A stretch of DNA of 63,456 nucleotides, the filler included, from Reticulomyxa filosa (Eukaryota; Protista; Foraminifera), in NCBI GenBank assembly GCA_000512085.1. It is 15 parts of 15 records of this genome, joined end to end, with 100 filler letters (N's around TTAATTAATTAA, not from the genome) between each part and the next. Parts side by side here need not be neighbours in the genome. Positions count along the whole stretch, not along the records: positions 12,170 to 17,548 come from ASPP01010490.1; positions 17,649 to 20,421 come from ASPP01009024.1; positions 20,522 to 22,487 come from ASPP01001928.1; positions 22,588 to 40,699 come from ASPP01020435.1; 11 more parts are not named here. The stretch is one strand, 5' to 3'. Shown one piece after another: positions 13,772 to 27,838 of the stretch; the stretch's first letter is position 1; each line of letters starts with the position of its first letter. Below the pieces are notes generated by a model. That model saw only the letters and a program-made list of their open reading frames with translations. It had not been told where the DNA came from and made no database searches. Made by a program: the position numbers and the translations under genes.

Positions 13772-14625
13772 CATATTTGTTTACGTTGTTACAAAGTACT
13801 CAAACATTGATACATTTCCTAAATACTATCAATAAATACAACACATTCATACAAGAAAAATCCTCCTTCGATTTCTTTGTTTTTTTTTTTTTTTTGCTTC
13901 CTTTTGTTTTACTTCTCTTTCTTTCCTTTTTCGATCGGCCTATGTCTGTTTCCACAAACAATATTTTTTCTTTTTATTAATTGCAGGTCTCTTTTAGAAG
14001 GCAACGAAAAAAAAAATAATAATAATAGAAATGACCTTACTTGGTGTCTTGTTCTTGAAAATATGTCTCTGTTTTTTCGGTTTTGTTTTTTATTGGGTTG
14101 TTCTTTTTTATAATTTTTTTTTTGCAATGTTTAAAATCAGCAAAAGGTTCATTTGGAAAAATGGCTTTTTCCAGCAGTGTACTGGGAGGTTTTTCTTTTT
14201 GACTTTACTTTGCTTTCTACGCATACAATTTCTCATTCCACAAATGTTGAATTTTCTACAATCCAAATGCTTTTTTTTTTTGTTTCCTTCGAATGAAACT
14301 TCTACCGAATATATTTTACAACTCTAAACAATGACGACAAAAAGTTTTTTTAATCCAATCTGCTTATTGCAAAAACATCACAATCTAAATACAAAAAAAA
14401 AACAACATTTGCTAAAAAAATTGTAATTTGTCTTTGATAGCACAAATAAAAAAAGAGTTACAGAATTTATCACTTTAAGAAATTTTTAAATAGAAGGTTG
14501 ATTATCAAAAAATTTTGTTGTTATCTTTTTTTCTCATGCACTATTTTTCGTTCGATTGAAAATGAGTTGAAGTTTATGAAAGAAGCTTCATAATTTGAGC
14601 AAAAAGTTTAAAAGGTGAATGAAAA

Positions 14626-15204
14626 ATGCCAAAACCAAGAAAAAAACAAAGCAAAAACAAGTTAAAGACAAAAAAGAAAACTCAACAAGAAGAAACAAAA
14701 CCAAATGATTGTAAAAAAAATCTTTTGGCTGGCTTTCCTGAAAATGAAATCATTGAAATATTGTGGCAAACCCTCAGAAAAGATATTACCTCTCAAGAAC
14801 TAGAAGAAGAAGCAGCTTATCAAAAAATGTGCACAGAAAAAAATAAACCATACATTCCAATTTACCCAATTACATTTAAGCAATTTAGCCAAGTCGTGGA
14901 AACTTATGTATGTGTCACACTTTGAGGAGGTTTCTTACTTTCAGCCAATAATAAGAAAAAAAACAAAACTATCGAAAAGACACAAGAACATGACATCAAT
15001 GTACTTCTTGATGCATTTGAATGGCTTGATGCAAATGCCAGTGGTAATGTTGAAAAAGGAGAATTTGTAGAACAACTGAAAAAAGTAATCAATGAAAGTG
15101 AAAAAACAGAAACCAGTACAACACTTAAAAACAATCCCAAAAAGAATATTAAAAAAAATAAGAAAAACAATCAAAAAAAAAGAAAAAAAAGAATAAATAA
15201 ATAA
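14626..15204 (+). CDS. Small basic EF-hand protein, two exons
   Basis: The second exon (after CAG at 14944) reads LLDAFEWLDANASGNVEKGEFVEQL, a canonical 12-residue EF loop; Lys-rich termini; stop at 15202-15204. Confidence 0.7.
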
Positions 15205-15585
15205 GACAGTTTTTTATTGATGTGTTGGAAAGAGGCTAGTCCAATTAGCCTTTTTTGTGGGATGTATTTTTCATTAAGTTGAGATTTTTTTCTCAGTGGC
15301 AAAAAGCGGGTGATTGGCAGCAAGCCAAAGTATATACCCTAAATAATTTTTAAAATTTTATTCTGGTCAACTTATTAAGAATACTTTGCAAAAAAAAATG
15401 AGGGCTTTTGTTTAGTGTTTTTTGTAATTTTATTCATTAGGGCTTGAGATTGAATTTTCAAAAGTTTAAATATTGACTAAAAAGGTAGGAAAAAACATCA
15501 CTTCAAGAATGTTTTGATTTCTTTTGTCTGAAAGGGGTAAAAGGGCCAAAGAAAAAAATTGTTGAGCAATATTATTACTGAAAAG

Positions 15586-16341
15586 ATGTTTTTTAAGAGA
15601 ATGGTATTTAGAGGTTTCATTGAAAAAAGCAAATTTGGCTTTGAAAATATTGAGAAATATTCTTTTCTCTCTCTTCCTACTTCTTGTGTTATGCTGACAG
15701 TTTTTTAAAAAGCAAGCCAATGAAGGAAAGAAACAGGAAAAAAAAAATGAAAACGAAGCGGAGGAAATGAAAGAAGGAGAGGAAGAAGTACAAGAAGTAG
15801 TGCAAGAGGTAGTACAAGAAGTAGTACAAGAGGTAGTACAAGAAACAGTACAAAAAAAGGAAAGAATTCAAGGAGTTCCATGAAAATGGATACATACAAT
15901 ACAGTTTCAAAAGAAGTCCGTGAAGGGCATTCATTGGAAACTCAAACAAAAATCTTTCGAGAACGAGTAAAAATTTTATATGACTTTTTTGGTGACGTTT
16001 CCAAATTGATACTTGACTACGAAGGCTCTTATCCATCTCTTTTTTGTGCTTCTTGTGGTTCCATCACCCCAAAAGGCGGGACAATGTGGATCTCTTGTCC
16101 CAAATGTTTCGAGGCTCAATATTGTTGGTATGTATATGCACAAACCAAGTGTACGTTTCAACCAATAAACAAATTACCAACACAACAACACTATTTTTTG
16201 TTTTGTTTTAATATATGCGTTCGATACCCAAGCTTCTTTCACAGGGACGCTCACATGGAAACACATCGAAAATGGTGTGAGGCCTCTGTAATCGAGTGGC
16301 AAAAAGAATTGGATGTGTGGCGTAGAAAAATGAAATATTAA
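15586..16341 (+). CDS. MYND-type zinc-finger protein with acidic repeat N-terminus
   Basis: CASC...CPKCFEAQYC / FFHRDAHMETHRKWC across an intron; first exon MFFKRM; frame slip in an A-run near 15855. Confidence 0.7.
15785..15852 (+). repeat. 12-nt tandem repeat encoding (VVQE)n
   Basis: About 5 GTAGTACAAGAR-like units. Confidence 0.9.
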
Positions 16342-17663
16342 TCAATCTGTCGTCTTTTAAATACTTTTTTTGCTTCTATGCTACCTTGTTTGCTGTGGGT
16401 TACTTTATATACTTTTATTTTTTGACTTGTTACTGGACTAAGCTGTTTCTCCCCTCTTTCAGTCAACAATGCCATAGTGCGATTGGCTCTCGAAAGTGTG
16501 TCCTTTGAAAAGTTTAATTGTCAATTTTTTGTTGTTGCTACTGTTGTAATTTGTTTTAGATCATGCACATATTCTGATTATACGAGAAAATAATTGCAAT
16601 TTAACCTGGACTTTGTTTTTTTAAGAAAAATTAGATGGAAGATATGTTATGTTAAATGAGTACCAGGAAGCAATGAAACAATATGAAACTGTAGAAGATC
16701 TTCACGAAGGTAGTAACATTCAATTTTTTCTTTAAAAAGAAAATGCAAACAAGAAGTAGCTGACATTTGTGCCTAAATTGAAGAAATATGAAAGGATAGT
16801 GAACAACAACATGTTTTTATTTAAAGTAATGATATATCAATCTAAATAATTGCATGCGCTGTTTAAACATATTACCGTTTGCTTTTAGCGAAATTTAGTT
16901 AGTGTTATTCAAATCCAACGTTAAATAATAATGAAACTTCTTCTTTTGAAATATATCTCGTTCTTGAATCATATTCGCATTTCTGTTCTTCGCTATTTTT
17001 TTCTTCATTGTCATTCTATTTCTCACTTGTATAATTATCAATTTTTTAATGACTTGTAAAGTTTTTTTTAAATTGACCGCATAATCTATTACAACTAGAA
17101 ATGATTTCAAATATGTAGTCAAAGAATAACAATTTTACAGAAAAGAAGATGAAGGAAAAAAATTGCTATCAAGCGAATACTCATGTGAAATAACTTCTAA
17201 AAAAAATACATAAAGTAGTCTACAGCAAACAAGGTAGTATAAAAGCAAAACAGTATTAAAAAGATTACATATTGATTAATATTTTATTTTTTTACGCAAC
17301 GTGTACAATTCTTTTTACCACTATTTTCAACGCGTTTCCAGTTCTAATTATAAGAAATTTTGCATTTACATTCGAATGGACAATACGAAAAACAGACAGT
17401 AATGTCCAGTTGTTGCATTTTTTTACTTGCATGCTGTTTTCGAAAGCAAGTCGTTTTTATTTTATTTTGGAAAAGGAGTGAAGAAAACGATGCTATGAAT
17501 AATCCGTTCACTCGCAGTTGGGGGAAAGTAAAAAAAAAATTTAAAAAANNNNNNNNNNNNNNNNNNNNNNNNNNNNNNNNNNNNNNNNNNNNTTAATTAA
17601 TTAANNNNNNNNNNNNNNNNNNNNNNNNNNNNNNNNNNNNNNNNNNNNATATGCATATCAAGA

Positions 17664-18130
17664 ATGGAAGATACAAAACCAATCACCAAAAAAACAATCG
17701 TTAATGAAGATGGTGTTGGTAAAAATGCTATTTTGAAAAAATCATTTTATCTTTTATTTTTTAATAGTTAAATTTAAAAAATAAAATGAATTCTCTTTAG
17801 TAAAAATACAAGTATTTATAAATAGAGATACATAGGTCTTTTTTAATTTGGAAATTAATCTCTTTATTGACCAGGCACTTTATTTGTTCCTTTCAGTAAA
17901 TCAATATCTTTTTTTTTTTAGAGACCTTATCCAAGTTAAAATGAGCACATCGTCCCAAAAGGAATACAGTACTATAATGAAAACAAAAAAATGGAAAAGA
18001 TCACAATCAACAACAAGTGAAAAAAAAAAATTTTAAGTTTTAATTTAATCTTTAAAATATCAAAAAAAAAACAAATAAAATCTTAAAGGATCAATCAACG
18101 GTTGTGAAAACAAATTTGGCTATTCTAAGT
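17664..18130 (+). pseudogene. Possible decayed Ras-family GTPase
   Basis: KKTIVNEDGVGKNA (degenerate G1) and STSSQKEYSTIM (cf. DTAGQEEYSAM); no intact frame. Confidence 0.35.
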
Positions 18131-19019
18131 GGAATGGTCAGGGGGAATTACATGAGCAATGTCAATGATCAATCGAATCTTCTGAGCATTGTTTTCGAAT
18201 TGTTGAAATCTCAAGGAAATATTGAGATTCAATTCACTTCTTTTAACAAAATTAAAGCAAATTAAAACAAAAATAATTTAAACACTTATTATTAAAGAAA
18301 ATCATGTGAATGTTGTTGATATTGCCATTTCGGCTTATTTAATAAAAAAGTGGATCAATTTTGTTCGATATTCTTTCTTGTTTATATTATTTTGTTTCGA
18401 TTTTTCATTTTGGATGTTTCGTTTGTTATCTTGTAGATATCTGATCTCGCGCAAAATCGCAATATCAGATATCCGACTAGTAAAAAAATTTCTTTAAAAG
18501 TATTTTCTTTGTATCTTTATATTGTTTATGTTTTCGCCACAATCTTGTTGACGACGAAAATCTTGTTAATAATCGAAGATTAACTTCGAACTTGCGATGT
18601 TGCAGCAGCTAGTTGTTCTTTGCTTGTCTTCCTTCAAAATACAATTTTTTTAAAAAGTTTATCTCAATGATGAAGGATGTTCAAATTATTTTTTTTTTTA
18701 AATCAATATCACAAACTTTGGTCGATTTTCTCCATAAAAAATGAACATTTAAACCTAATTTTGTTTTAAAAACATCTATAGATATTGTAGTTCTTAAATA
18801 TGAAATTGGTTTCAAATAGATTGGTTAAAAACATCGTATTTTTCATATAATTTTTGACATAAGCCAAACATGTGTCGCTTAAATCTTTTTGTGAATGATT
18901 TTTGATTTGATGAAAATGCTTTTTTATTATCTATTTCGAAAATATTGAATTGATTAATTTTATTGTTGGGGAAAAAATTTCTTTAAATTATAAAATTTTG
19001 TAATATCCTTATTATTGTC

Positions 19020-19800
19020 CCCAATACAAATATTACCGTTACTTGAACCATGACATAAATTGACGTCCCAAACATAATAATCAGGATTTTTTGCTCTTTT
19101 TTTTTATGTTTTGATTCTAAGAATTGAAGAGTTTATTTATTCAAATATCCCAAAAACGAATTGTACGATCACTTGATCCAGACATATCACATTTGGATTA
19201 ATAATTGATGTTGTATTATTGTTTACCAATGGTGAATATTTTATATGTACGCTACTTTGTGTTTCAAAGATAATTATTTCTTTAAATGTTTCAACATCCC
19301 ATAAACGAATAGTATTATCATATGATCCAGAACATAATATCTACCATTATTAAATGATGAAAATGAAATTCCACAAACACATTGTGTATGTCCATTTAAC
19401 ACTTGAAATTTACTTGTTTTAAAATCCCAAAAAAAAATCACACAATATATACCATTTGAATATCCATAAAAAACTTTAACCTGTTGCCTAGTAAATATTC
19501 CATACACGAATTGTGCTACCTTTTGATTCAGAACAAAGATATCGAGCACCGTTGAATGTCGAATAATCAATACTCCATACAATATCACTATGTCCAGTTA
19601 ATACTTTAGGTAATACAGATATGAAATAAATTTATCAATTATAAATAGGGTAGATATCTATATTTAATATTAAATATTTATAATATAATTTAAAATAGAA
19701 TAAACGTAACATATTTGATAACAATTTTGTCAAAATTATTAATCCATCCGAATCCAATATCGAATAATGATTTGCATTTCTTTTTCCTCTGACTAATTTA
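19020..19800 (-). pseudogene. WD40-repeat protein pseudogene of a lineage-expanded family
   Basis: SGSSDRTIRFWDI, SGSYDNTIRLWDVET, LNGHTQCVCGISFSSFNNGRY and N-terminal EMQIIIRYWIR/GWINNFDKIVIKYV, broken by frameshifts. Confidence 0.85.
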
Positions 19801-22684
19801 GTCATATAAAACACAAAATATTAGCTTTTTAAAAGATTGAGCAAAAATTTACAGGAATAGTAGTCATTTTTTTGGCACCTTTCGAGATTTATTCAGATGA
19901 TGTAAATGCAATTTTATTTTTTTTTCTTGATCCGAACTTTCTTGGCTAGACGACGTTTTAAATACTTTAATTTACTTTCAAAATCTCCTTCAAACTTAAG
20001 AGATGTCGAAGTATCTTGACACTTCCGATCACAATCTCTTTCAAAATACTACTTTTTAAGAGTTAATATTAATGATGAAGGGGCCGTTGCTGCTCATTGA
20101 CATCAACTGCAAAATGAACAAATAATGTCAGAAAATTTCCAGAAAATGTATGCGGTAATACTTTTCTGGACAACGCATTCTTGTTTCTTAATCCAAGGAA
20201 CTTAATCACCGATGTTGCTGATTTAAGTTCTTTGAGCTTGATTGGAGTGACGACGATCGTTTGCGTATTCGTACACAGGAATTGTCGTCGAATTTGCATA
20301 TTTTTCTTCCACACATTTTCAAATGTGATTTCATCAATCTTCTTTTCTTCGTTTTGTTGTATACTTGAGCTGTGTAATGGGTGAGTGTATTCTTGATTTT
20401 ATTGTATCCAATGGACTACATNNNNNNNNNNNNNNNNNNNNNNNNNNNNNNNNNNNNNNNNNNNNTTAATTAATTAANNNNNNNNNNNNNNNNNNNNNNN
20501 NNNNNNNNNNNNNNNNNNNNNTTTCTTTGCAACATACTGTATTTAAAGTATTTAACTATTGAAATAATTACTCTTTTGTTATTTGAATTATTTTAACATA
20601 TACTTTATGTTGTTTTTATGTTATATATTATTTTTCATGAAAAAAATTGATTATTTTTATAAAGTGCAATTTTAGTTAACTTTTTTTTGCATTATACTAT
20701 GTAATATAACATTTGAATATATTACACAAAATTTCAAATGTGTAAAATTTTATTATAAACTATGCTTAAATTTTTCTTTTTTTCATATTAATTAATTATA
20801 ATTATATCATAAGTCATTGTGAGAAAATAAAATTTAGGATCAATGTATTCTATTATTTGTCAAATCCTTAAAGCCAATTTTATTTACATATATATAATTA
20901 TTTTTTTCCTTATAATTTGCAGAAAACCAAATTTGAACGTTCAATAATATAATTTTTGAAATACTTAAATTTTAATTATCATAATTAGAAAAAGTAAAAC
21001 TGAGGATACATAAAGTTAAGCAAAAATGAAAAATTTGTATTATGTTTAAATTTTATAAATCATATTCAGTATTGCAATCATTTGCAAATTGTCGAATTTG
21101 TGAAATTGGATATGTAGTAGGATCATGATAAAAAGCATTTGCTACAATATGAACTTTGCATTTTCTTTAGGTAAATAAGTGAATCTTTGCATTCTAGCTT
21201 GATATTAAGAACTTTTTTTCTTAAGTTTATGAATCATTAATTTCACTTTTATATAATCACACAAATTTGTAGAAAAATAATTTCAGTATTCCACAGTTAT
21301 ACACTAGCAATATAACTATTTTTCTTATTAAAAAAAAAATACTATGTGCATATATATTATCTTAATCCTGATTTTTTTTTGACAAAAAAGTGTTTTCAAG
21401 GATCTGCATACAAGTTGTTATGACGACTTATTATTTTTACAAGTAAAATTATCAAATTATTTATGCGACAAATACTTAGCATAAAAAATAGTCCAAATGA
21501 CATACATTTTAACATAGTAATAATCTAATATTATGCATTAAATTAAATTGTGTTTATATCAAACTGATTGAACAAATAAAAAACATACATAAATGAAATA
21601 TACAATATAATTAAAGGAAAAAAATCATAAGTCTATGTTCAACCAATTTCAATCAAAAAACTTTGATTAAACAAAGTAGTTCATGTGAAGCACGAGTAGT
21701 TTTGAATAGAAGCATACTAAAAAAAAATGAAATGATGAAAAAAACAGAAAAAAAGTAATACTTTACATCAGTAGTCACTTCGTGCTGCCTGACATAGTTT
21801 TATTTTTTTCTGTTTTTTTTTATTGTTTCATTTTTTAAAATTTTTTATTTGTAAGTTTATTTTAATTACTTTAAATATTGTTTATGTCTTGCCTTTTGTA
21901 TGCAGCATATGATTTAACTTTTTTATTACCTAAAAATTTGTTATACTTTTATGACGAACATGAAGTGTTTTTACATTTGAAGATATTTTTTATTTTTTGA
22001 TTGCTTTTTGTTAATATATTATGTTTTTTTTATGCGCTTAACAAAACAAATTAATATTGAAAGAAACAATTTGTCGAACGATCGTTTTTTATACATAGCC
22101 GAAAACATAAAACAGTGCTTTCTAAAAATTAAAATTAAAATTTTATCTAACAGTCTTGTCTTGAATAATATATTTAAATGTTTGATTATAAATGTTACTA
22201 CTTTTTTCAATTCGACAGTATCTGTAACACTTAAAAAAACCTTCTGCCTACTGTGTAATATGGTCCCCATAAAAATATCAAGTTATTATTTATTTACCAC
22301 AATTCATAAGATATTTATTATGTTTTTTTGTGTTATGTAAATTACAAGTCATTATATATTTATGGTAATGAAAAAGAAAAAGGATAAGATTTAAAACAAG
22401 AATACTTTTTATTAAACTTCTTATCATGCATTGTTCAGACAAGGGTCAATAAAAAAGATTGTCTTTTGTTTATATTATTGCAGTTGCNNNNNNNNNNNNN
22501 NNNNNNNNNNNNNNNNNNNNNNNNNNNNNNNTTAATTAATTAANNNNNNNNNNNNNNNNNNNNNNNNNNNNNNNNNNNNNNNNNNNNTTTTTTTTTTTTT
22601 TTTAGTTGATGACTGTTTCCCCGCAAATTCGCGGCATAATTTTTTTTTTTTTTTTTGCACTTTTGCAATGCTATCAAAAAAAAG

Positions 22685-25600
22685 GATCAAACACAACCGG
22701 TGAATGAAGAAAAAGAGAAAGATAAGGAAAAAGAAAAGGAAGAAAAAAAAGAGGAAAAGATCAACAAAGCAGAAAAAGAGGAAGACGAGGAAATCTATGA
22801 AGACAGCAATTTGGAGATGAAAGACGACCCCTTTTTCGATTGGGTGCTACAAATCAACGACGCCAGACACTACCTATCACGAGTCCAATTTCGGTCCTTG
22901 GGAAACACCATGCAGTCGTTGGAAGAAATCGCGCAAGTCGCATTAGACAAAATGAGTCAGTATTGCAAAGAACTATTGGAACAGCAAAGGTATGAAAGAA
23001 AAAAAAAAAAGGATGGAACATTAACAAAAATAGATAACATATAATTAATAGTAATAATAACAATAACAAACAAATAAATAAATAAATAAATAAATAACAA
23101 TACAAGATCGCAAAGTGTGAGGTCGATTGAAAAAATAATTGAATTAAATATCCCATTGGATTGGTATAATCGAGATCCACATACGCCCTTATGGCCTTAT
23201 CAAGTAACGGGCAATGTCCGCAAGCAAGTATTGGAGTCGATCAATCCGTTTCTGCCCAAACATCCGGTATTTGAAGAACGCAAAATCATGGCGATTCCGC
23301 GAGACTTTCCCATCTACATAACTTGGTCGACGATCAAATTGCTCAGCAATTTGGTCTACTCCATTGACGACACTTGCGACTGCTTCAAGCCGTTGTTGCA
23401 AAACTCGTTCTATTCGCTGCTAGTGGACAGTCGTCAAGACCTCTTGTCCATCTTGCTGTCCCCTTCTACAGGCTTGTCCGACGAAGTCATCTTGTGCATG
23501 CAATATATCACGGCGCAAAGACGACTGCGCATTGCGGAAGAGCAAAAGCAAGAAAGTCCTCGATCCCCAGACCCGGTCAATTCCACCAAACAATTGACAT
23601 TCGAGAACTTGCAATCGCAATCCAAAAAAGATAAAAAAAAAGGTACTTTGTTTATTTTTATTATACATTTTCATAAATATATACATACATATGTATATGT
23701 GTATGTGTGCATGTCTTTTTTTTTTTTTTTTTTTTTTGTAATAAAAAAAAGTTTGTGTGTGTGTGTGTATGAAGAGGTGAAAACCAATGATGAAATTGAC
23801 ATGGACGACTTTGAGGCAGACATGTCAAATAAAGAAGACGATGCGGCGATGAGAAATTACTTTTCAATAGAGGGAACCATGGAGTTAAATGCAAAGCTGA
23901 ACACTGGCTTGGAGCGCCTGCAGTTGCCAGTGGAAATACTGCATCACCCCATTATCTTGTTTCTGGTCTTAAGTTTGACGTTTTTGCAAATGGAGCGCCA
24001 TTTGTGCGAAAAAGTGCTGCGCAAAAGCAACAACGCCAATTCCACTGGCTTGCTGTTGTCCGCCATTTGCGACTCTTCCTTGGAACATATCGCCGTTCGA
24101 ATTGATCAAGTGTTGAAGATGGAAGACACTCTGAGTTTTTCCCGACCAACCATCTTACGTATGTCGACACAGCAAAATTTTCTTTTTTTTTTTTTTTTTA
24201 GAGTGAGTATGCATCCTTCCATCCTCAACTTTATAATATATGCTATATTTTTTATGTGTGTGTTTGTTGTAGGACACAATATCAAACCGGCTGGGCCAAG
24301 TGAATATGATACAATTGTCGCGGCTTGTGCGAGCATAGCCAATATCTCGGGAAACAATGTTGCGACGAATGTTGTTTTGATTAAACTGGATTTGGTGCGC
24401 ACTTTGCATCTGCTGACTCCGGCGTTTGAAAAGACCTTTGATATCGGCCAAGAAAAATGGTATCATTTGGATGAACTGTTGCCCGAACACACATCCAAAA
24501 AAAAAAAATACACAAACGAATCCCACCAATGATATTGCTACATCAATTACGAAAGCGCGTTGACATGGAAACACTGCGGTATGCGACATTAGTTTTGTTT
24601 TTAAAAAAAAAAAAAAACAAAACAAAACAAAAAACAAACAGATGGATAAATAATCATTTGTGTTTGTCTTTTATTGGATTATTTACTATAGAACTCTAGA
24701 TTCTCGAATTCAAAAAATAATTGAGCACAGAGAAAACAAACCTCGTCCGGATGGAGGGTATCATCCTTTGGTCATTGAAACAGTAGAATTGATCAGTAAT
24801 ATTTATACTTTCCGAAACACAATTGAAGAGCTGTGTCAAAGTTGGGATGAGGAAGTGAATAAAACCAACAGCACTGACGAAGCCCTTCACTCCGAAAATC
24901 CTTTATATAAATATGAACTGCCTTCATTGAAGGTTTTATTGGTGAACAGACCGGCATACACTTCTGGAATTCAACAAGTTAATACACTTGTCTTTTTAAG
25001 GAGGTCACAGCACGGTGCTGCAATGCTATTTTCTATGCATTTGTATCGTACACACATATATGTATACGTGTACTCTTATGTTTTGTTTGAAATAAACTAC
25101 TAAGGTGTTGTCAGAGTTAGCAAGAGCATTGCAAATCAACTTACAAGAAAAGTCAAAGCAATATGGTAATTCCAAGGTGTTGCGCGTAATCTTTTTACTT
25201 AACAATTTTCACTACATTGTCAAATCCATTAGTGATACGCCTTTGGAGGAAGCATGTGGCAAAAATGAAATCGAAAATCTGCGCAAAGAGGTGGCCGATT
25301 TGAAAAGCAAATATTTGAAAGAGTCATGGGGCAAAATTGAGCCGTGTTTGGATATTGAAAATGTAACAATTTTTTTTTCCTCCCCTCTTACTCTCCTTCT
25401 TTGTCTTCATTTAACTTTCCTTTTTTCAAATGCAAAGAAAACACTATCCTTGCGCGTTGGCATCCTTTACTCCATGCTTGTGTGTTGTGGTACATGTGAA
25501 TTTTTTTCCTCTCTCTTCCTCCTCTTTTGTTTTTTTAAGGATCCATTGACCAAGAAAACTACAAATTTGAAGCGTGGAGAGAGAGATGCAGCAAAGAAAA

Positions 25601-25842
25601 AATTCAAAACTTTCAATGACGAATTTGCTGTTCAGTATGAGATGCAAAAGGAATACAGTGTACCTGACTCCAGTTTAAGAGCAGATCTGCAGGAAAAAAA
25701 CAAAAAAATGGTGGGTTCAAAATATGCAGAAGTCTGGAGGCGGTACGAAAATATTGACTTTACAACAAATAAATCCAAGTATTTTATTTATCCTCCAAAA
25801 CAATTGGAGGCGATGTTGGATCAGTTTTTTGAGCCAAATTAA
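22685..25842 (+). CDS. EXO70: Exo70-family exocyst subunit; 5' missing; multi-exon
   Basis: PDGGYHPLV, KSKQY..KVLRVIFLLNNFHYI, YLKESWGKI, KKKFKTFNDEF...YSVPDSSLRADL, FTTNKSKYFIYPPKQLEAMLDQFF. Confidence 0.88.
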
Positions 25843-26928
25843 TTTTTTCCAGTAATTCAACATAAAGCTTGGATGTGGTTTTATTTCTAAATATATCGCT
25901 TTTTCCTTTACTAACAACCGAGATTATCTTTGTTGCACACTAAAATTTCTAATGCTCATATATTTCTTATAGTGCTAATTTTTCCTCCTGGATTTTTTAA
26001 GCGTTTTCAAAAATCTTGTAATTAAATTCTTTTTTGCAAGATTTGCTATTTTTCTTTAAAAAATTATTTGCTTTTTTTTTTTTTAGTTTACAGTTGATAA
26101 TAAAATGCACGTGACTTTCTTTTTCGTTTCCGTGCATCCTTTTTAAAGCATTTTTAACTTTTTTCTTTCAAAACAGTTGCTCTTCAACGTTGTCAGAGCA
26201 ATTGTTGACAATTTATAGAATGTTATACTAGGACTTTCTTTTGCTTGCAAGTATTTTGTCACTTTAAACAGCTTGCAGTGTTGATAATAATTAATGAATG
26301 AAAATACTATTTTTATGTTTTATTTGTAGATTGGCACATTAAAATGCAAGTCGGAGCTGATGCACAAAATTTTTTTCTTGCACAAGTTTAGAAATTGCAA
26401 ATGAGCCAATTTTTTTTAATGTATGCAAAGAATTACATCAGTTGCTCACCACAATTTTTTTTCTGAAATGATAAGAGAATGAAGAAAAGTTTCTTTGATG
26501 TCATTTATTGTAGTAATGTCATCCGAAACAATTGAAATTAAATACTGATATTGTCATCTCGGAAAGAAAAAAGAAAGAATTCTCTTGGTTAATCGGTGTG
26601 CTTTTTCCTCTCATATTTAGAAGTTTAGCTGTATTTACGACCTTTGCAGCTTTTTTCCTTTTCTCTTGATATTTTTCTAAAACCAATTAAAAAAAAAAAC
26701 AGCGTTTGGAGAAAAACAAGCATTTTTATTGAAAAGAAAAGCAAATAAAATTCAGATCGCAATTTCTCCGACCCTATGCATGCGACACATCAAAAAAACT
26801 ATCTACTCACAACACCGTATCTAGAGTGACGCTGAGTTATGAGATAAGATCAGCTTCAATGAGCCTATTTCCTATTGATTACCAAAAAAATAAATTTGGC
26901 TTTACGTTTATTCCATTTCACGTCCAAG

Positions 26929-27838
26929 ATGGGTAGTTGGTTCTCAAAGCTTATAGCACGTAAAAAAAAATATCGTTTGTTGATGCTCGGTTTAGACAAT
27001 GGAGGCAAAACCAGTTGAGATATACGTCTTTGGAGAACATTGTCCTTGCATCCGAGCTCTACAACTGCTTATGTCAACAAAACAATAATCATAATACAGC
27101 GATGATGTATTGCTTACAACCCGGAGAGCACATGCATACATTACCTACAGTAGGGTTTAATGTAGAAACAATAACAGTAAACGGAGTAAAACTAGTGATC
27201 TGGGACGTCGGAGGTCAAGACAAACTCCGAGACTTGTGGAGACATTGTTGAGAGGCTTTGTTTTTTAAATAATGCTAAAAAATATTATTTGACAACTATT
27301 GAGAGTGCACTGTTTTTTTTTTTTTTTGTATTATTCGTCTATTTAACAAATTTTTTGCAATTCACAGATTATCCTGGAACTGCAGGCATCGTTTTTGTTT
27401 TGGATGCTGCAGATAAGGCGGAAGAGCGATTAGTTTCGTCGGTTTTTGCTTTTATGTTTTTGGAGTGTTATTACTGAAAAATAAATCAAAATAAAACTTA
27501 GGCTTTAGCAAAGTTGGAACTTCATTCGTTAATGATTGAAGAAGAATTGAAATACTCCATTTGTTTAGTGAAACTAACTCTGCTTTTCCAAATCTAAAAA
27601 AAAATAGACTCACTCCTTTTCTTACTTTGTCATGCTTGTTTTTGCTTGAAATGAATTAGTGGCTATAATGGCAAACAAACAAGATTTACCCAATCCATTG
27701 TCCGCAAAAGATGTCGAAGTAACTTTGGAATTGTCAAAGTTACAAAGAAAGTACAAAGTGTTCGAGTGTTGTGCATCCACAAATGAAGGAATTCAACAAG
27801 CTGTTGATTGGCTCACCCAAAACATGTCCATTATTTAA
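26929..27838 (+). CDS. Arf/Arl small GTPase, 5 exons
   Basis: MGSWFSKL myristoylation start, LMLGLDNGGKT, PTVGFNVE, WDVGGQDKLRDLWRHYY, ANKQDLP, CCAST; stop at 27836-27838. Confidence 0.95.

Noticed and set aside
20522-22487. Short ORFs at 22008-22340 and 22019-22270
   Set aside because: F/I/K/N-rich chance ORFs in very AT-rich DNA, with no motifs.
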